Positions 39,973 to 53,633 of a stretch of 64,000 nucleotides of DNA are shown in pieces (position 1 is the stretch's first letter; each line of letters opens with the position of its first letter). Source of the DNA: Chrysomallon squamiferum (taxonomy: Eukaryota > Animalia > Mollusca). The position numbers were made by a program, and so were the translations under genes. The notes beneath the pieces are model-generated. The model saw only the letters and a list, made by a program, of their open reading frames with translations, was not told the DNA's origin and searched no databases. The stretch lies in NCBI GenBank assembly GCA_012295275.1, contig CM022669.1:10602001-10666000 (forward strand), written 5' to 3'.

Positions 39973-41761
39973 TTAAAACAAAATTAAAAGTATCTTGCCA
40001 TAATAAAAGGTTTTTAGAATGAAAATTAATAATATAACCAATCCTTTGTTGAATATTTCCCGATGAAAATATTGTTATATGAACTCTTATTTTTTTGTTG
40101 TCTATGAGAAATTAAATATATATATTTTTAAATCCTTTTCAAAATAATATTGGTAGCAATTGTTCTTTCATTTATTTAATAACTAAAACAGCAATAAAGA
40201 AATATCTAAGTATTTCAACAACCTTTAACTTACAACCGATAAACATTTTCCCAACGTTGTTTGGACAGATCCAGATGAACCAAAACGGTGTGATCTCTAT
40301 ATCGATAACACTAGAAAAACAGGCACATCAAACTGAATCCACAATCCACCTCAGTTCACCTCATCCACCGAGAAACAAAGAAAACATTTTTATCAACGTG
40401 AAGACAGGAACGGAATCAGAACAGTTCTAGAACATCTCCGAGTCAGAAAACCAAACAACATTTCAGAAACAACATCATCAACAGAATCACAATTACTCCG
40501 CTGGACACCAACACTAATTATTCTTTTAGGTACGATATTTGATATATGTCATCCATTGGACGTCCCCCTGGTGTGACACTTTCTGTCCTTTCAAGCAGAA
40601 AATTACTGTGGCTGAGCCGTCCTATGGACTCTGACGTCGATGACAGAGATGTATTGAAAAATCGACCGTCGCCATCGTGTAAATCACGGCCTGACTGGCT
40701 TGTGGCCGGTGATATCGTTTACACTGAGGTTCCTGCTTGTTCAGAATTGGGACACACAGAACAGCACATCTGGCTAACGTTAATGCAGTGAGATGGACAA
40801 AAGTTAAAGTGGCAATGACTGCTCCCTCGACGGAGGCGTAATTAATTGTGAGACTCTTAAAGAAGCGTTGTCATCTACGTCTTCTGGCGCTGATTAGACG
40901 ATCGCTCAAGCCGTGATCTGCCTGCGGAATATTTCTTCCCCTGTTTCGGAAATTACCGGACGCCTTCGTTTACCTAATTCAATTCCATGCTACATTTAAT
41001 TATGAAAACGAAGCATTTCTGACCGCGTTAGCCTCAGTTCACTGCTAGTAGAAGTTTCAGATGTCCGAGTTCTTTATTTTTGAAGAAACTAATAGAACAA
41101 AAATAAGAAGACGTCACTATTTGATGACGTTAATGCGCTAACGTGGTTGCAAAATTAACACGAATTTTGAAATAATCTTGAGTTTGGTCAGCCTGTTAAG
41201 ATTTCAGAAATTCTTAATAATATCAAAGCCAAATAACGTCTATAACAGGATTTGTCTTAAAAGATTTCCAGATTCCACTGGCAGAAATTGCAAAAGCAAT
41301 TATTAATTACCAGTTTCCTTATTTTTAATAATATAAAATAACAGAAGCTCTTTGTTGCTAGTAAAATGAAACTACTGAAATGGAAAGCTTACGTATATTA
41401 ATATCAGTTTGTAATAACTGATGTAAAATTCGGGGTGTAAAACATCAAAATTAATATCATTTTAACAGGTTTTACTTCATAACCAACAAAAAATAAAGAA
41501 TAAATAAAAATAAAAATAAATATTTAAAAAATAAATAAATAAATAAATAAATAATAAATAATTTTAGGAGCAGTTTAATAATACTTATATTTAATTATGT
41601 TGATTTGTAAGTAATATCAAATATGATAATTCAGTTCTTTTCTACTATGATGTTGCTGTTCATACAGCTTTTATAATCTTTTTTTTAATTATTATTAACG
41701 TTATTCTCTTAAAGTATCATTAAACTCAGAATAATGGAACACACATAATAATAATAATAAT

Positions 41762-41797
<36 letters not shown>

Positions 41798-41813
41798 AAT
41801 AATAATAATAATA

Positions 41814-41874
<61 letters not shown>

Positions 41875-42984
41875 GGCTGCAGTGCGGTTTTATTTGTTTT
41901 TATTATCAAAAACAACTTGCATTACATAACAATTATTTTTATAATGAATAAAATGCTGCATCAGTTTTTCCTTTAATTTTATATTCTTGCTATTAGTGTC
42001 ATTGTATTAAAACTGATATATTTATATATCCGCACAATCTATGCAATTATATATATTTTAATAACAATATGAAGTAAAAACATAATAAATAAATAAATAA
42101 ATACAGTAAACTGGATGTTTTATTTGATTCTGCAACACAGAATAATTTAACTAAATTATGATTTTAACATAAAAATACAATTTAGTACTTCTACCACTAT
42201 TTCTACTGCTATTACTGCTATAACAACAACTAAACTACTACTATTACTAATACTACTGTTGCTATTGCTACTACTACCATTATCATCAACGTCATCATTA
42301 TTATCATATGAATAAATTTGATCGTACACATTTCTTTATGACATTAGAAAATAATTCATTTAAAGCTTTCCGATGAAAACTGTTTAAATATTTGATAATT
42401 ATAGCTGTAACTGATAATCTCTCAGTATTTATTTTTGTCTCGAAAATACCGCATTCGGTTCGCTTCGTTTTATGTAAATATTTGTCTTTTAATCCATTAT
42501 ACTTATTTATTAACATGATCGGCTAACAGAAAAAAATCTCATATTATTTTTGCTTTAACAGTCTTTATGCACAGAAATATACATAAAACCAGCAATTACA
42601 CTTTACTTATCATCTCGTGATAAAACAAAACAAACGGTCACGTTTTTGACGTGAAAACGCTTCCCCGGAGAATACCGAGACTGACTACAAACAACCCATA
42701 ACGACTTAATATCGACGTCCAATATCGGTAATTCACTATTACAGTGTTAGAGATACACACGATACCAGACTGTATACCGAAACAACAGTATAAGCGTGGG
42801 ATTAGCAAAGCTAATTGACTAACACAGATGTCGTAGTGTATATTTGATTTACACTCATTAACTCGGTTTATTATACGTTTTTATATACCGTCCTTCTCAA
42901 CAGCGTAATTCCAGACTCCAGTTAGTAATGAAAACTTTGCTGAACTTAAGCCTGATTTAATATCTCAGTACAAGTATTTCTTCT

Positions 42985-43535
42985 TTACGTACAAATCTCT
43001 GCTGATGTTATTTGCGTACAAATCTCTGTTAGTGTTACTGAAGTACAAATCTCACAATGTTATTTACGTATGAATCTCTGCTGATGTTATTAACGTACAA
43101 ATCTCACAATGTGTTATTTTCGTATATATTTCTGCTGGTGTTGTTACGTATAAATCTCACAATATGTTATTTACGTACAAATCTCACAATGTGTTATTTA
43201 CGTACAAATCTTACAATGTGTTATTTACGTACAAATCTCACAATGTGTTATTTATGTACAAATCTCACAATGTGTTATTTACGCACAAATCTCACAATGT
43301 GTTATTTACGTACAAATCTCACAATGTGTTATTTTCGTATAAATTTCTGCTGCTGTTGTTACGTATAAATCTCACAATATGTTATTTACGTAAAAATCTC
43401 ACAATGTGTTATTTACGTACAGATCTCACAATGTGTTATTTACGTACAAATCTCACAATGTGTTATTTACGTACAAATCTCACAATGTGTTATTTACGTA
43501 CAAATCTCTGTTACTTTTATCCAAGTACAAATCTC
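42985..43535. repeat. 27-bp minisatellite, ~20 units, between the divergent channel genes
   Basis: Unit acgtacaaatctcacaatgtgttattt; gives the spurious TNLTMCYLR ORFs. Confidence 0.95.
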
Positions 43536-44063
43536 TACATATTTTTAAACCAATACGTGTACAAACTCTAGTTGTTAATTCTGTTTTACAGACCACCTCA
43601 TTAAACCAGCTATACATACAAATCACGGAAATTGTTTATCAGTCTGTCTATAACAATATTAAAAGCTTGTTAAACATACATATATTTCTTTCGTTTGTGT
43701 TGGTAATGTTCGTATTTCAGCTGCTGATATTGAAACAGTGATTGTCACTGATTGTTTGTCAGTTGTGGGAAGTCAAACTGCACACTGACAGAACCAGTAA
43801 ATGGTTCAGATGGTTTAGTGACAGTTTGGTCAAAACAGAGATATTAAGAAAATAAATATTGCAGTTGGTAATTACAAATTCCCTGGAGAAGGAAAAAACA
43901 ACACAAACAAACTACAATATCTTCGTGTAATTATTATTTCGAAAATATTAACAGTTGTAAAGACAATGATGATGTCTGTATATATACAGAATAAAAATAA
44001 CAGCATTAATAATAATAATATTAATAATTAAAACAACAACAATAACAACAACAATATTAATAA

Positions 44064-44094
<31 letters not shown>

Positions 44095-44431
44095 AAAAAC
44101 AACAATAACAACAACAACAATAATAATAATAATAATAATAATAATAATTATTATTATTATTATTATTATTATAATTATTATTATTATTATAATGTACAAC
44201 AGTAATTATAATAACAATATTAACAACAACAGTGATATAATGATATATCATTAACAAGAACATCGACAACAGCAATATCTTCACGCACTTAAATTCATTT
44301 TATAATATTGTTTAAATTCATGGAATATTGACATTATACTACGTTCACAGTTAGGATACTCCTTTTTGCAATTTCCCTTCGTTTTCTTTCGTTCATTCTT
44401 TCTTCCTTTCTTTCTTTCTTCCTTCCTTCCT

Positions 44432-44478
<47 letters not shown>

Positions 44479-45174
44479 CTCTTTCCACATTTTGCAGTTT
44501 AAAGCTAAACATGAATTTTATATCTTACTCTGCACCGAAGGCTTGTATGCCTCTGTACACAGTTTCTCTGCGTACACTGTTGCGGATAAATGTTTTGCTA
44601 CTGAAATATACAGAGAGGAGCCCTCTTCGTCCTAGTGCAATCTAATAACAAAGGTGTTGAAGCGAGCGCCGAAAACTATCGATCTCACGCGTTGGTTAAT
44701 TGGCCATTCAGCTCTCTAAATCTTTCCCTCGTTTTCGTACAAAGTGATAAATACGCAATCAGTGCATTCTGATCAGTTCGACAAAACGCGTTGTGTACAC
44801 AGAGAAGATTAAACTTAAACCAGTGAGAAAACACGCGGCCACAGAAATACAGACACGTAAATAAAAATGTATAAACTTTGTTCATATTAATTAAATGCAT
44901 TCATATGCATATCTAAGCACATATATACATTTAATAATGATGATAATAATAATAATAATAATAATAATAGCAGTAGTAGTAGCAGCAGCAGCAGCAACAG
45001 TAGCAGTAGTAGTAATACTAGTAGTAGTAGTACTAACAGTGCTTATTATAATGATGATGATGTAGAAGAAGAAAAAGAAACATATATACTTTTTTTTTAA
45101 CTTAAATTAGTAATCCACATGTAATTATAATTCCTTAAATAAACAAATAAATCAATTTAACCAAAAATAAATGC

Positions 45175-45284
45175 TGCCCCAGGTGAGGCTTGAACTCACA
45201 ACCTCCGCATTCCTCTTTCTGTGTTACACACAGAGAAGGTACTGTCTATAAGTACGGCGCGCTAACCTATTGTGCCACTGGGGC
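45175..45284 (-). tRNA. tRNA-Ile-TAT: tRNA-Ile(TAT) with 36-nt intron
   Basis: Full copy identical to those at 12788 and 50083; T-run downstream on the minus strand. Confidence 0.93.
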
Positions 45285-45453
45285 GCTGATTTGGTGTTAC
45301 AATGTTTAATATTCAGTGCAGAACGATAGACGAAATAAGTAAATAAGTAAATAAATATTAAAATTAAATAGTAATATTAAATAAAAATAAACAATCAACT
45401 TAAGTGTACATTATATTAAATTAAAAACCACATACACTTTATTGCGATAACTC

Positions 45454-45516
<63 letters not shown>

Positions 45517-47165
45517 CATCATCATCATCATCATTATCATCATCATCATCATCATCTTAACAAAACATATGTATAACTTTCACTTTGATATACGTTTCGT
45601 TCTAGATCTAAGTTAAAAAAAGAAAAAGTAAGAAAGTTATCTGAATACTTATCAGCAGACTTGTGTTATTATGTGTTAATTTATCAATAACATCTCTATT
45701 TCATACAGGTTTCGAAAAATACACGTTAACACTGTAGTAGGGTTCATATTCCAGTTCCTAACCGAACAGTTGTTCTGTCTTACGTCATAAAGTAAATAAC
45801 GTCATACTACCTTTGACCTGTTTACGGATAATGCCGAATTAATATATTCTACTCCGGAGATTTTGAAGTGAGATGTAGTATTTAGTTTATATTGTTGATG
45901 CTTCTGCCGTTGTTATATCTTTTCCTTTTGGAATTTTATGTATTTATGTATTTATTTATTTTTTAATTGTTATTGTTGTTGTTGTTATTATTATTATTAT
46001 AATTATTATTGCTTTTGTTGTGTTGTTGTTTTGTTGTTGTTGATGTTGCTATTACTAATATTATTATTCTAGTTTAGATCATTTTATAAAAGAAAAGAAA
46101 AAGAATAATAAAAAGAAAAAGAAAATAAGAAAAAAAAATGATATCATTGAAAAGTCTACACGATCATCTTTCTATAAAATAATTTATTCCAAAATTTACT
46201 TTTAAAATTTTTGTTTCGGAGGGAACATAAAAACAAGCCATGAACACAATAAAAAATTTACAACAAATCAATATTAATCATCCAGTCACAAAAAGCCTTT
46301 CTTTGTGAAAAGTCGATGTTACGAGTATTGTTGAGAGAAAATAAATACATTAGTTAATGAATGAAAAGCCATACAGTAGGTCACTGAAACATAATCGAAT
46401 CTGGTACAGAATTTCTGTGTTCTTCATTTAATCGTTTCCGCTCTGTAAACACTGAAGTCTGTTTGTGTTGTGCTGTGAAACACATTAACATTAAACAAAA
46501 CTGTCACGATTTAACAAAGTGTTATTTACCTGTAATGGACAATAACCAGACTCGTAACAACTCAGTTTTGTGCCATTTACTACGATACCGATGAGTCAAC
46601 ATTTTTTTTTTTCTTTTTTTTTTTCATATTCTGACGATTTTAATTTTCAGCCAATGGCATGAAGCTATATCGTGAATGAAACGAATAAAAGTGACAGAAC
46701 TTTAAAACTGACTAAGGATTTAGAGTCTGGGAAGAATCGTTTTGAAAACTGGATCTGCTGTTGTCTGTGATTCCTATTGCATCTGAAATGTTTTTAAATT
46801 TACTTCGTTTATGAAATCTGTGAATTGGGTTGATGATGCCATTAACGTAGCATTAGTATTAAAATTATTAATTTAATATTTTTCAAGGCTAACATTTTTA
46901 TTATTAATTTGTATAATTCTGTGAGATTCTCAAAATAATTTATAAAATATATTTACAGTTTTGGAGTTGAAGATGGTTATAGTGACATCTGCGTTTGTTT
47001 TATCAAGACAGCGCATATTATTTTATTTAAAGTGATTACTGATCTTCTGTTTGATATATCGCTCACAAGGAAGTTCATTTTACAGCCTTTTCCGAGCAAG
47101 ATCAGAATTTTCAGAAATTGTACAGATACAGTTTTTACAGAGAAACATAAATCGTTTTAATAACA

Positions 47166-48210
47166 ATGAATGCGAAGACAGTTAAACATGCTAACATTAA
47201 AAAAGATGCGACTTTGGAAGAAATAAACTTGCCCGCTAAGATGACACATAAACCTCTTGTTTACAAAGCGACTGAAGCGTTCTTGAAGATGCTAGCAGAC
47301 AGAGACGAAAAGCCCTTGAAAGAAAAAGTGGCTACATTTTTCAACGAGACGAGCTTCACGCCTCTGGTTCGGATCTACAACGCGTCCAACTGGCTGAAGA
47401 GGATGCTGTGGCTGCTGGTTGTTCTGGCCATGCTGACGTGGTTGAGTGTCCAGTGTTTCTGGCTGTTTAAGCGATATTTCAGCTACCCCGTGGAAGTCAA
47501 GATGGACCTCGTGTTGGCCACGGAACTGGAGTTTCCCAGTGTCACGGTGTGCAATCTGAACCCTCTGCGGACAATGATGAAGAAAGAACGACCATTCATC
47601 GAGCTGCTGCCTTACCTTGACGTGGAGTACAAAGACATTCTGTACAAACAGTACCAGAGCTCCTATCATGACCAAATGGAACGTGAGTTCATGTCCTAAA
47701 TTTCTATTCTGATTTTGTTTTCTTTTTTTTTTTTTTCAAAATTTACATCTTATTCTTTCAAAGACACTGGTTTTATTTTATTTGAAAATATTTATATATT
47801 GCTAACATTCTTCGTTGTTGTAAATTTCAAAAAAATCTGGCAAATCCAAAGTTTCCGCTGAACATGTTGAATTAATCTACGTTTAATAAATACAAATTAG
47901 ACATATGTTTTAAAATATCTGATGACTTTGTAATTGTATAGGAAATTCTGATTATCCTATTTAGATTGCCGGTAAATAATTTTACGCTAATAAATTTGCT
48001 CCTATAACATAAGGCGTTGGTCCAAGTAAATTAATATAATCAGCTTCATCAGTTAGAATTTGCATAAATAACTTTACCATAATATAATTTATAAATGTCA
48101 TATCAGCTTTTCAGTACTTATCTATTTCATCTTGTCTTCCACTCATTCATTCATCTATCCATCCATCAGTGTACACACAAATATATATACGTATACAGAC
48201 AGACAGACAG

Positions 48211-48242
<32 letters not shown>

Positions 48243-51200
48243 GTATGTATGTCTGTGTGTGTGTGTAGGTATATATGTTTGTGTGTGATATAGTCACACA
48301 GATGTTGTGGAATAAACACACACACACACACATATATATAGTTTATTCCACAACATCTATGTGACTATATCTCTCTTATACGAAGATACGACTCCACTAC
48401 CACCACTAACAACAACCTCCACCGAAGATGTGACTGTCAACGTAAGTACAGAAACGAGCACAGAGAGCCACAAAGCGAAGAAAAGAAAGAAGAGAGACGT
48501 GGACTGGAGTTCTGTTCAGGCGAACAGCTCGTACAACAAGTGGGAGATGCTGGAGCAGGCTAACATGTCTTCTGAGTACTACAACGAAAGAGATGTCGAC
48601 TACAAGGCCGCCCAGGCGTACGCCTCGTTCTCAAGGCGACATCCGGAAAGAGAGGTCATGAGTGGAGGTCACTGCCTAAAGGACTTCGTGGTGACTTGTA
48701 AAATGGCCGGTTGGATGTGTTCTCCACGGTAATGCTTTTTTTTTTTTTTTTTTGTTTTGTAGTATGTCAACAGAAACACCAACAAAAACAATATACTACT
48801 GCTACTACTTCTACTAGTATTACTACTACTGACACTAGTACTAGTACTAATACTACATCCACTATTACTAGTACTAATACTACATCCACTATTATTAGTA
48901 CTATTAATACCTCTACTATTACTATTACTACTACTACTACTATTTCTACTAAAATTTCCACTACAACAACTGTCATTACTATTAGTACTACTACTACTAA
49001 TAAAGTTTGATAATAACGACGACAACAACAACAGTAATAATGATAATAATGAAGACCGTGATGACGATCGCAATAATGATTATAATAATGTAGATTACAA
49101 TGACAATGAAAATGCTGAAGATAACTAAACTTATGATTAAAAACTTTTATCCTTTTCAGTAAAACCGACAGCCTAACAGTAATTTAGTGCAAAAAATAAA
49201 TTTAGTTCTGACTTACTGCTCAGTAAGATACACGTGTTAATTGATTCATCTATTTATATATTCGTTTCATTCTTTCTTACTTTATTAATTTTTTCATTTA
49301 TTCTTTTTATCTATTCATTCATTTATTAATTCTTTATTCCTTTATTTATTTATTTATATATATATTTGCTTGCTTACAGCAACTTTACTTCATTTCTAAA
49401 TCACAAGTATGGAAACTGTTACACGTTTAACGGACCTGATAACGCACGGGACATCAGAACCCAGTTTCCTGGACCGTTTTACGGTAAATGTTTACTTTTT
49501 AAACTGATTTGTTTGTGTAGATAAACTCTACAGTATGTAAAGTCCTGGGTGTATTTAGTGATAGGCTTAGTGGTCATTATTTTGTGTTTCTCTGTACCAC
49601 GTATGACCACTTTAGCGGTCAAATATTGTAGGATGTAACAGAATTTATGATATTTTAGGTTTAAACTGTTGTCGGTTAAATAAAGATATCTGCCCCAGGC
49701 GAGGCTCGAACACAGAGAAGGCAAGGCGTGTGAACAGTACGGCGCGCTAACCTACTGAGCAACTGGGGCTTTGAGTTTACGTTATCCCGTTTTAAAATTC
49801 ATTGCAGTAGTTGTAAAATACAGCAAGAAACGTATTTGTCTCTATATTAATAGCATTTGTGTTCCCCTTTGGTATATTTAGCATTAACATTAGCTTGGTG
49901 TTTCCTATCTGTAAACACTTGGTAACTGTTTCATCAACTTCGCAATTCATAATCAAAATAGATAGCTTAACTGTAAACCTGCCTGAAGCTGTTACCCTGC
50001 TACTGATGCTACTAGTATTACTACTAGTAATAACAGTCAATAGCTCTGCAGTGAATTTTAAATATTGTAAATACCAATCAGCGCCCCAGTGGCACAATAG
50101 GTTAGCGCGCCGTACTTATAGACAGTACCTTCTCTGTGTGTAACACAGAAAGAGGAATGCGGAGGTTGTGAGTTCAAGCCTCACCTGGGGCAGCTTTTTT
50201 TAAATTTGTTTTTTATTTAAAAAATTATAATTACATGTTCATTACTGAAACAAATACGGTTTTTGTAAAGGTTTCTTCTTCTTCTTCTATATTATTATTA
50301 TTATTTAGTTATTATTATTATTATTATTATTATTTAGCACAAGTATGTAATATTTCAGGCCTTTCTCTGGAGATGTACATAGAACAGTCTCAGTACATAG
50401 GATCTTTAAGTCCCGCCGCCGGGGTGCGTGTTTTGATCCACCCTCGTTACTCTATGCCTTTCCCTGAAGATCAGGGCATCTCGATACCACCGGGATTTGA
50501 AACCTCTATCGGAATCAGAAAGGTGAGTAGTCATAAAATAAATAAATAAATAAAATAGTAATAAGAATAAAGTATTATAACAACAACAATAGCAAGACCA
50601 AAAATGACATTACGTGCAAATTTCAGAAAACATGTGTAATCACTGAACAAAAAAGTAATACGGCTAGAACTGGCGACTATCCAAGGGAAACCTACACCTT
50701 TTCGAAGCCAAGAGTCCGTACAGAGAGCAAACTGTGACATTAAGGACATGCTTGTTTGTTGCTTAGGACATAACAGTATAACTTTTGTTTAGTTTCAGAA
50801 CTCAAGTTTTCACAGCGAAAATAAAAAATGTCTTCCATTTGCGGCACTGTTGGATTTTGGTGCTTGTCAGTAGCCTGTTATAATCTAGCCTCCTTCGTGA
50901 AAATTCTCTACTACTAACTGTTGTGACATATTTCTACAATGAAGATATTATATATTTCTTTTCCAGCTGGACATAACACGACTACCAGCGCCTCACGGTA
51001 CCTGCACATTCAACGGAACAGAGACAGATTTGTACATGAAATACAAAAACACGACCTACTCTAAACTGTCCTGCATGAAGTCTTGCTATCAGAGACTGAG
51101 TATTCTTTACTGCGGCTGCGCAGTTCCTTTCTTTTACGTAACCGTCAACGAGACTGTGTGTAACATGACAGACACCAAGACAGGTAACAACAACAACAAC

Positions 51201-51328
51201 GACGACGATGAGAAAATCAATAGTAATAATAGTAGTGAAAAGATAAACACAATAATCGTACTAATAACGATAAAACGCAATAACAACCAAATTAATAATG
51301 ACTGTAATAATGATAATGACAACAACAG

Positions 51329-51359
<31 letters not shown>

Positions 51360-51780
51360 AATAATAATAGCAATAATAATTAATGTAACGTCTTTAAAAT
51401 CATCAGCACCAGATTGATACCAACACCTTTCTTCAAAATTACTCTTCTATGCTAATGACGTCAATCCATTGTTGACGTCATATAAAAATATTCATCTGTT
51501 ATTTCTACTGGTAATGCAATAACCACTGTTATCTACAACAGTGTTAATACAACTACTGTACTTCCACGACGACAACATTATCGTTACGATCACAATAACC
51601 AAAAACCAGTATCATCAATAAAATCATTAGGGATGATATACTACTTGTTACTAAATGATGATGATTATGATGATGATAATAACAATAATAATAACAATAA
51701 TAATATATGTATATATGGCAAATGTGTTACGCAGTATTCTGTAAGACATTAAAAAGAAACGTTAACTATATATATATATA

Positions 51781-51827
<47 letters not shown>

Positions 51828-52377
51828 ATCTTAGTTTAGTTAACGTTTCTTATCAATGTCTTACAGAATACTGCATAAGACATTTGCCAGAGAGATTACC
51901 AGAAGAATTTTCGCAGTGTGAGGTGAAATGTCCACTGCCATGCAGGTAAGCATCGATTCAGTATTTGAATGTGTGCGTGTGTACACTCCCATTTATTCAC
52001 ATTATTCATAATATACATACATATATATACAAGCACTCATACTCACATATACACACGTAGAAAAAAAATATACATCATGCACCCCATAAAAAGAAACTGG
52101 CGCAGAACAAGGTCACGCTATATTATTATTGATACTCAAACAATAAAATAATAGAGACAATATTTTTTTTATACTTCAGCGAGGTGAAATACGAGAAATC
52201 TCTTTCTGCAGCTGAATGGCCGTCAGAACCGTATCAAGTGAGTCTTTTCTTTTAAACGTTTATCCATTGTCGCTTTAACTACTGTGCTGCAACAACCACT
52301 TCTGTACAAGCAGTATTTATAACTACATTTATTAGTACTACCAATTGCTGTTACTAATGTTATTAGTATTATTACTT

Positions 52378-52448
<71 letters not shown>

Positions 52449-52624
52449 GCTACTTCTATTACTACTACTGCTACTACATACACGTGTTTTGATTTCGTTT
52501 CAGGCAAAGCTGTATAACAGAATGATTCAGACCAGCTACAAGTTTTCCACGCAAAACTTGTCACTGTAAGAAAACGTTTTTATTTCGTCATTTCTTTACA
52601 CAATTCTGCGAAGTCATTGTTCCA

Positions 52625-52665
<41 letters not shown>

Positions 52666-52827
52666 AAAACCCAATAAACAACAATAACAACAACTAAGAC
52701 GTAAACGATCTTTTTATTTATTAAAGAGATATAAAAAAAAAAAGACAGAAAGAAACAGGGTTTGTTTAAGAAACCAAATAAGAGATAAAATAAAAAGTAA
52801 ATGAATAAATTTAAAATAAATAAATAA

Positions 52828-52874
<47 letters not shown>

Positions 52875-53440
52875 AAATATAGATAAATAAATAAAAAGAT
52901 AAATAAATAAATAAATAAATCTTCCAGACATTAACTAAAGGCAAACTCAGGTTTAAGCCCGTACTAAATATCCTAACTTTACGATATTAGATATAACTGA
53001 CATTTCAGTACACATGGATTTAAAGTGTTTTCTCAAAACAGTTTATAAATGATTTTGTGTGTTTACACACGCATGATTCAGTGAGCTCGTATTCCAAATT
53101 TGATAGATGTTATTTGATGTTGACGTTTTGGAAGACCAAATCGATTTGGCCTGAAGAAAATAGTGTTATCTGGAATTGGAAAATTGTTTTAACGTTCACA
53201 TTTCTGGCAAGATATTACAAATTAGTCTTGTCGAGAAAGAAAGTTTGACCTAGATAGTTATAGACGACCTGCTTTTAAAACAAAGATAATAGAAAATATG
53301 AAAAGAAAATTATATAACAATAACAACAATATAATAGGAATATAACATAAAGAATAATGAATGAATGAAACGGTTTTCGAAATTATGAAGAAGTATATAG
53401 ACAAGTACAACGATAAGTAAATAAATAGAAAATACTACTG

Positions 53441-53476
<36 letters not shown>

Positions 53477-53586
53477 TGTTGTTATTATTATTATTATTGA
53501 TGTTATCATTATTATTGTTATTAACCTTATTTTTATTATTGATGTTATTATTATTGTTATTGTAATTATTGTTGTTGTTGTTGTTG

Positions 53587-53633
<47 letters not shown>

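Noticed and set aside
49691-49769. Decayed copy reading GTT in the anticodon position (possible Ile-to-Asn switch)
   Set aside because: The anticodon and T stems cannot pair after the deletion, so it is treated as a pseudogene.
53100-53160. Minus-strand RPNRFGLPKR resembling an RFamide precursor nested in the channel gene
   Set aside because: The Gly is not followed by a basic site, there is one copy only, and there is no signal peptide or sustained ORF.
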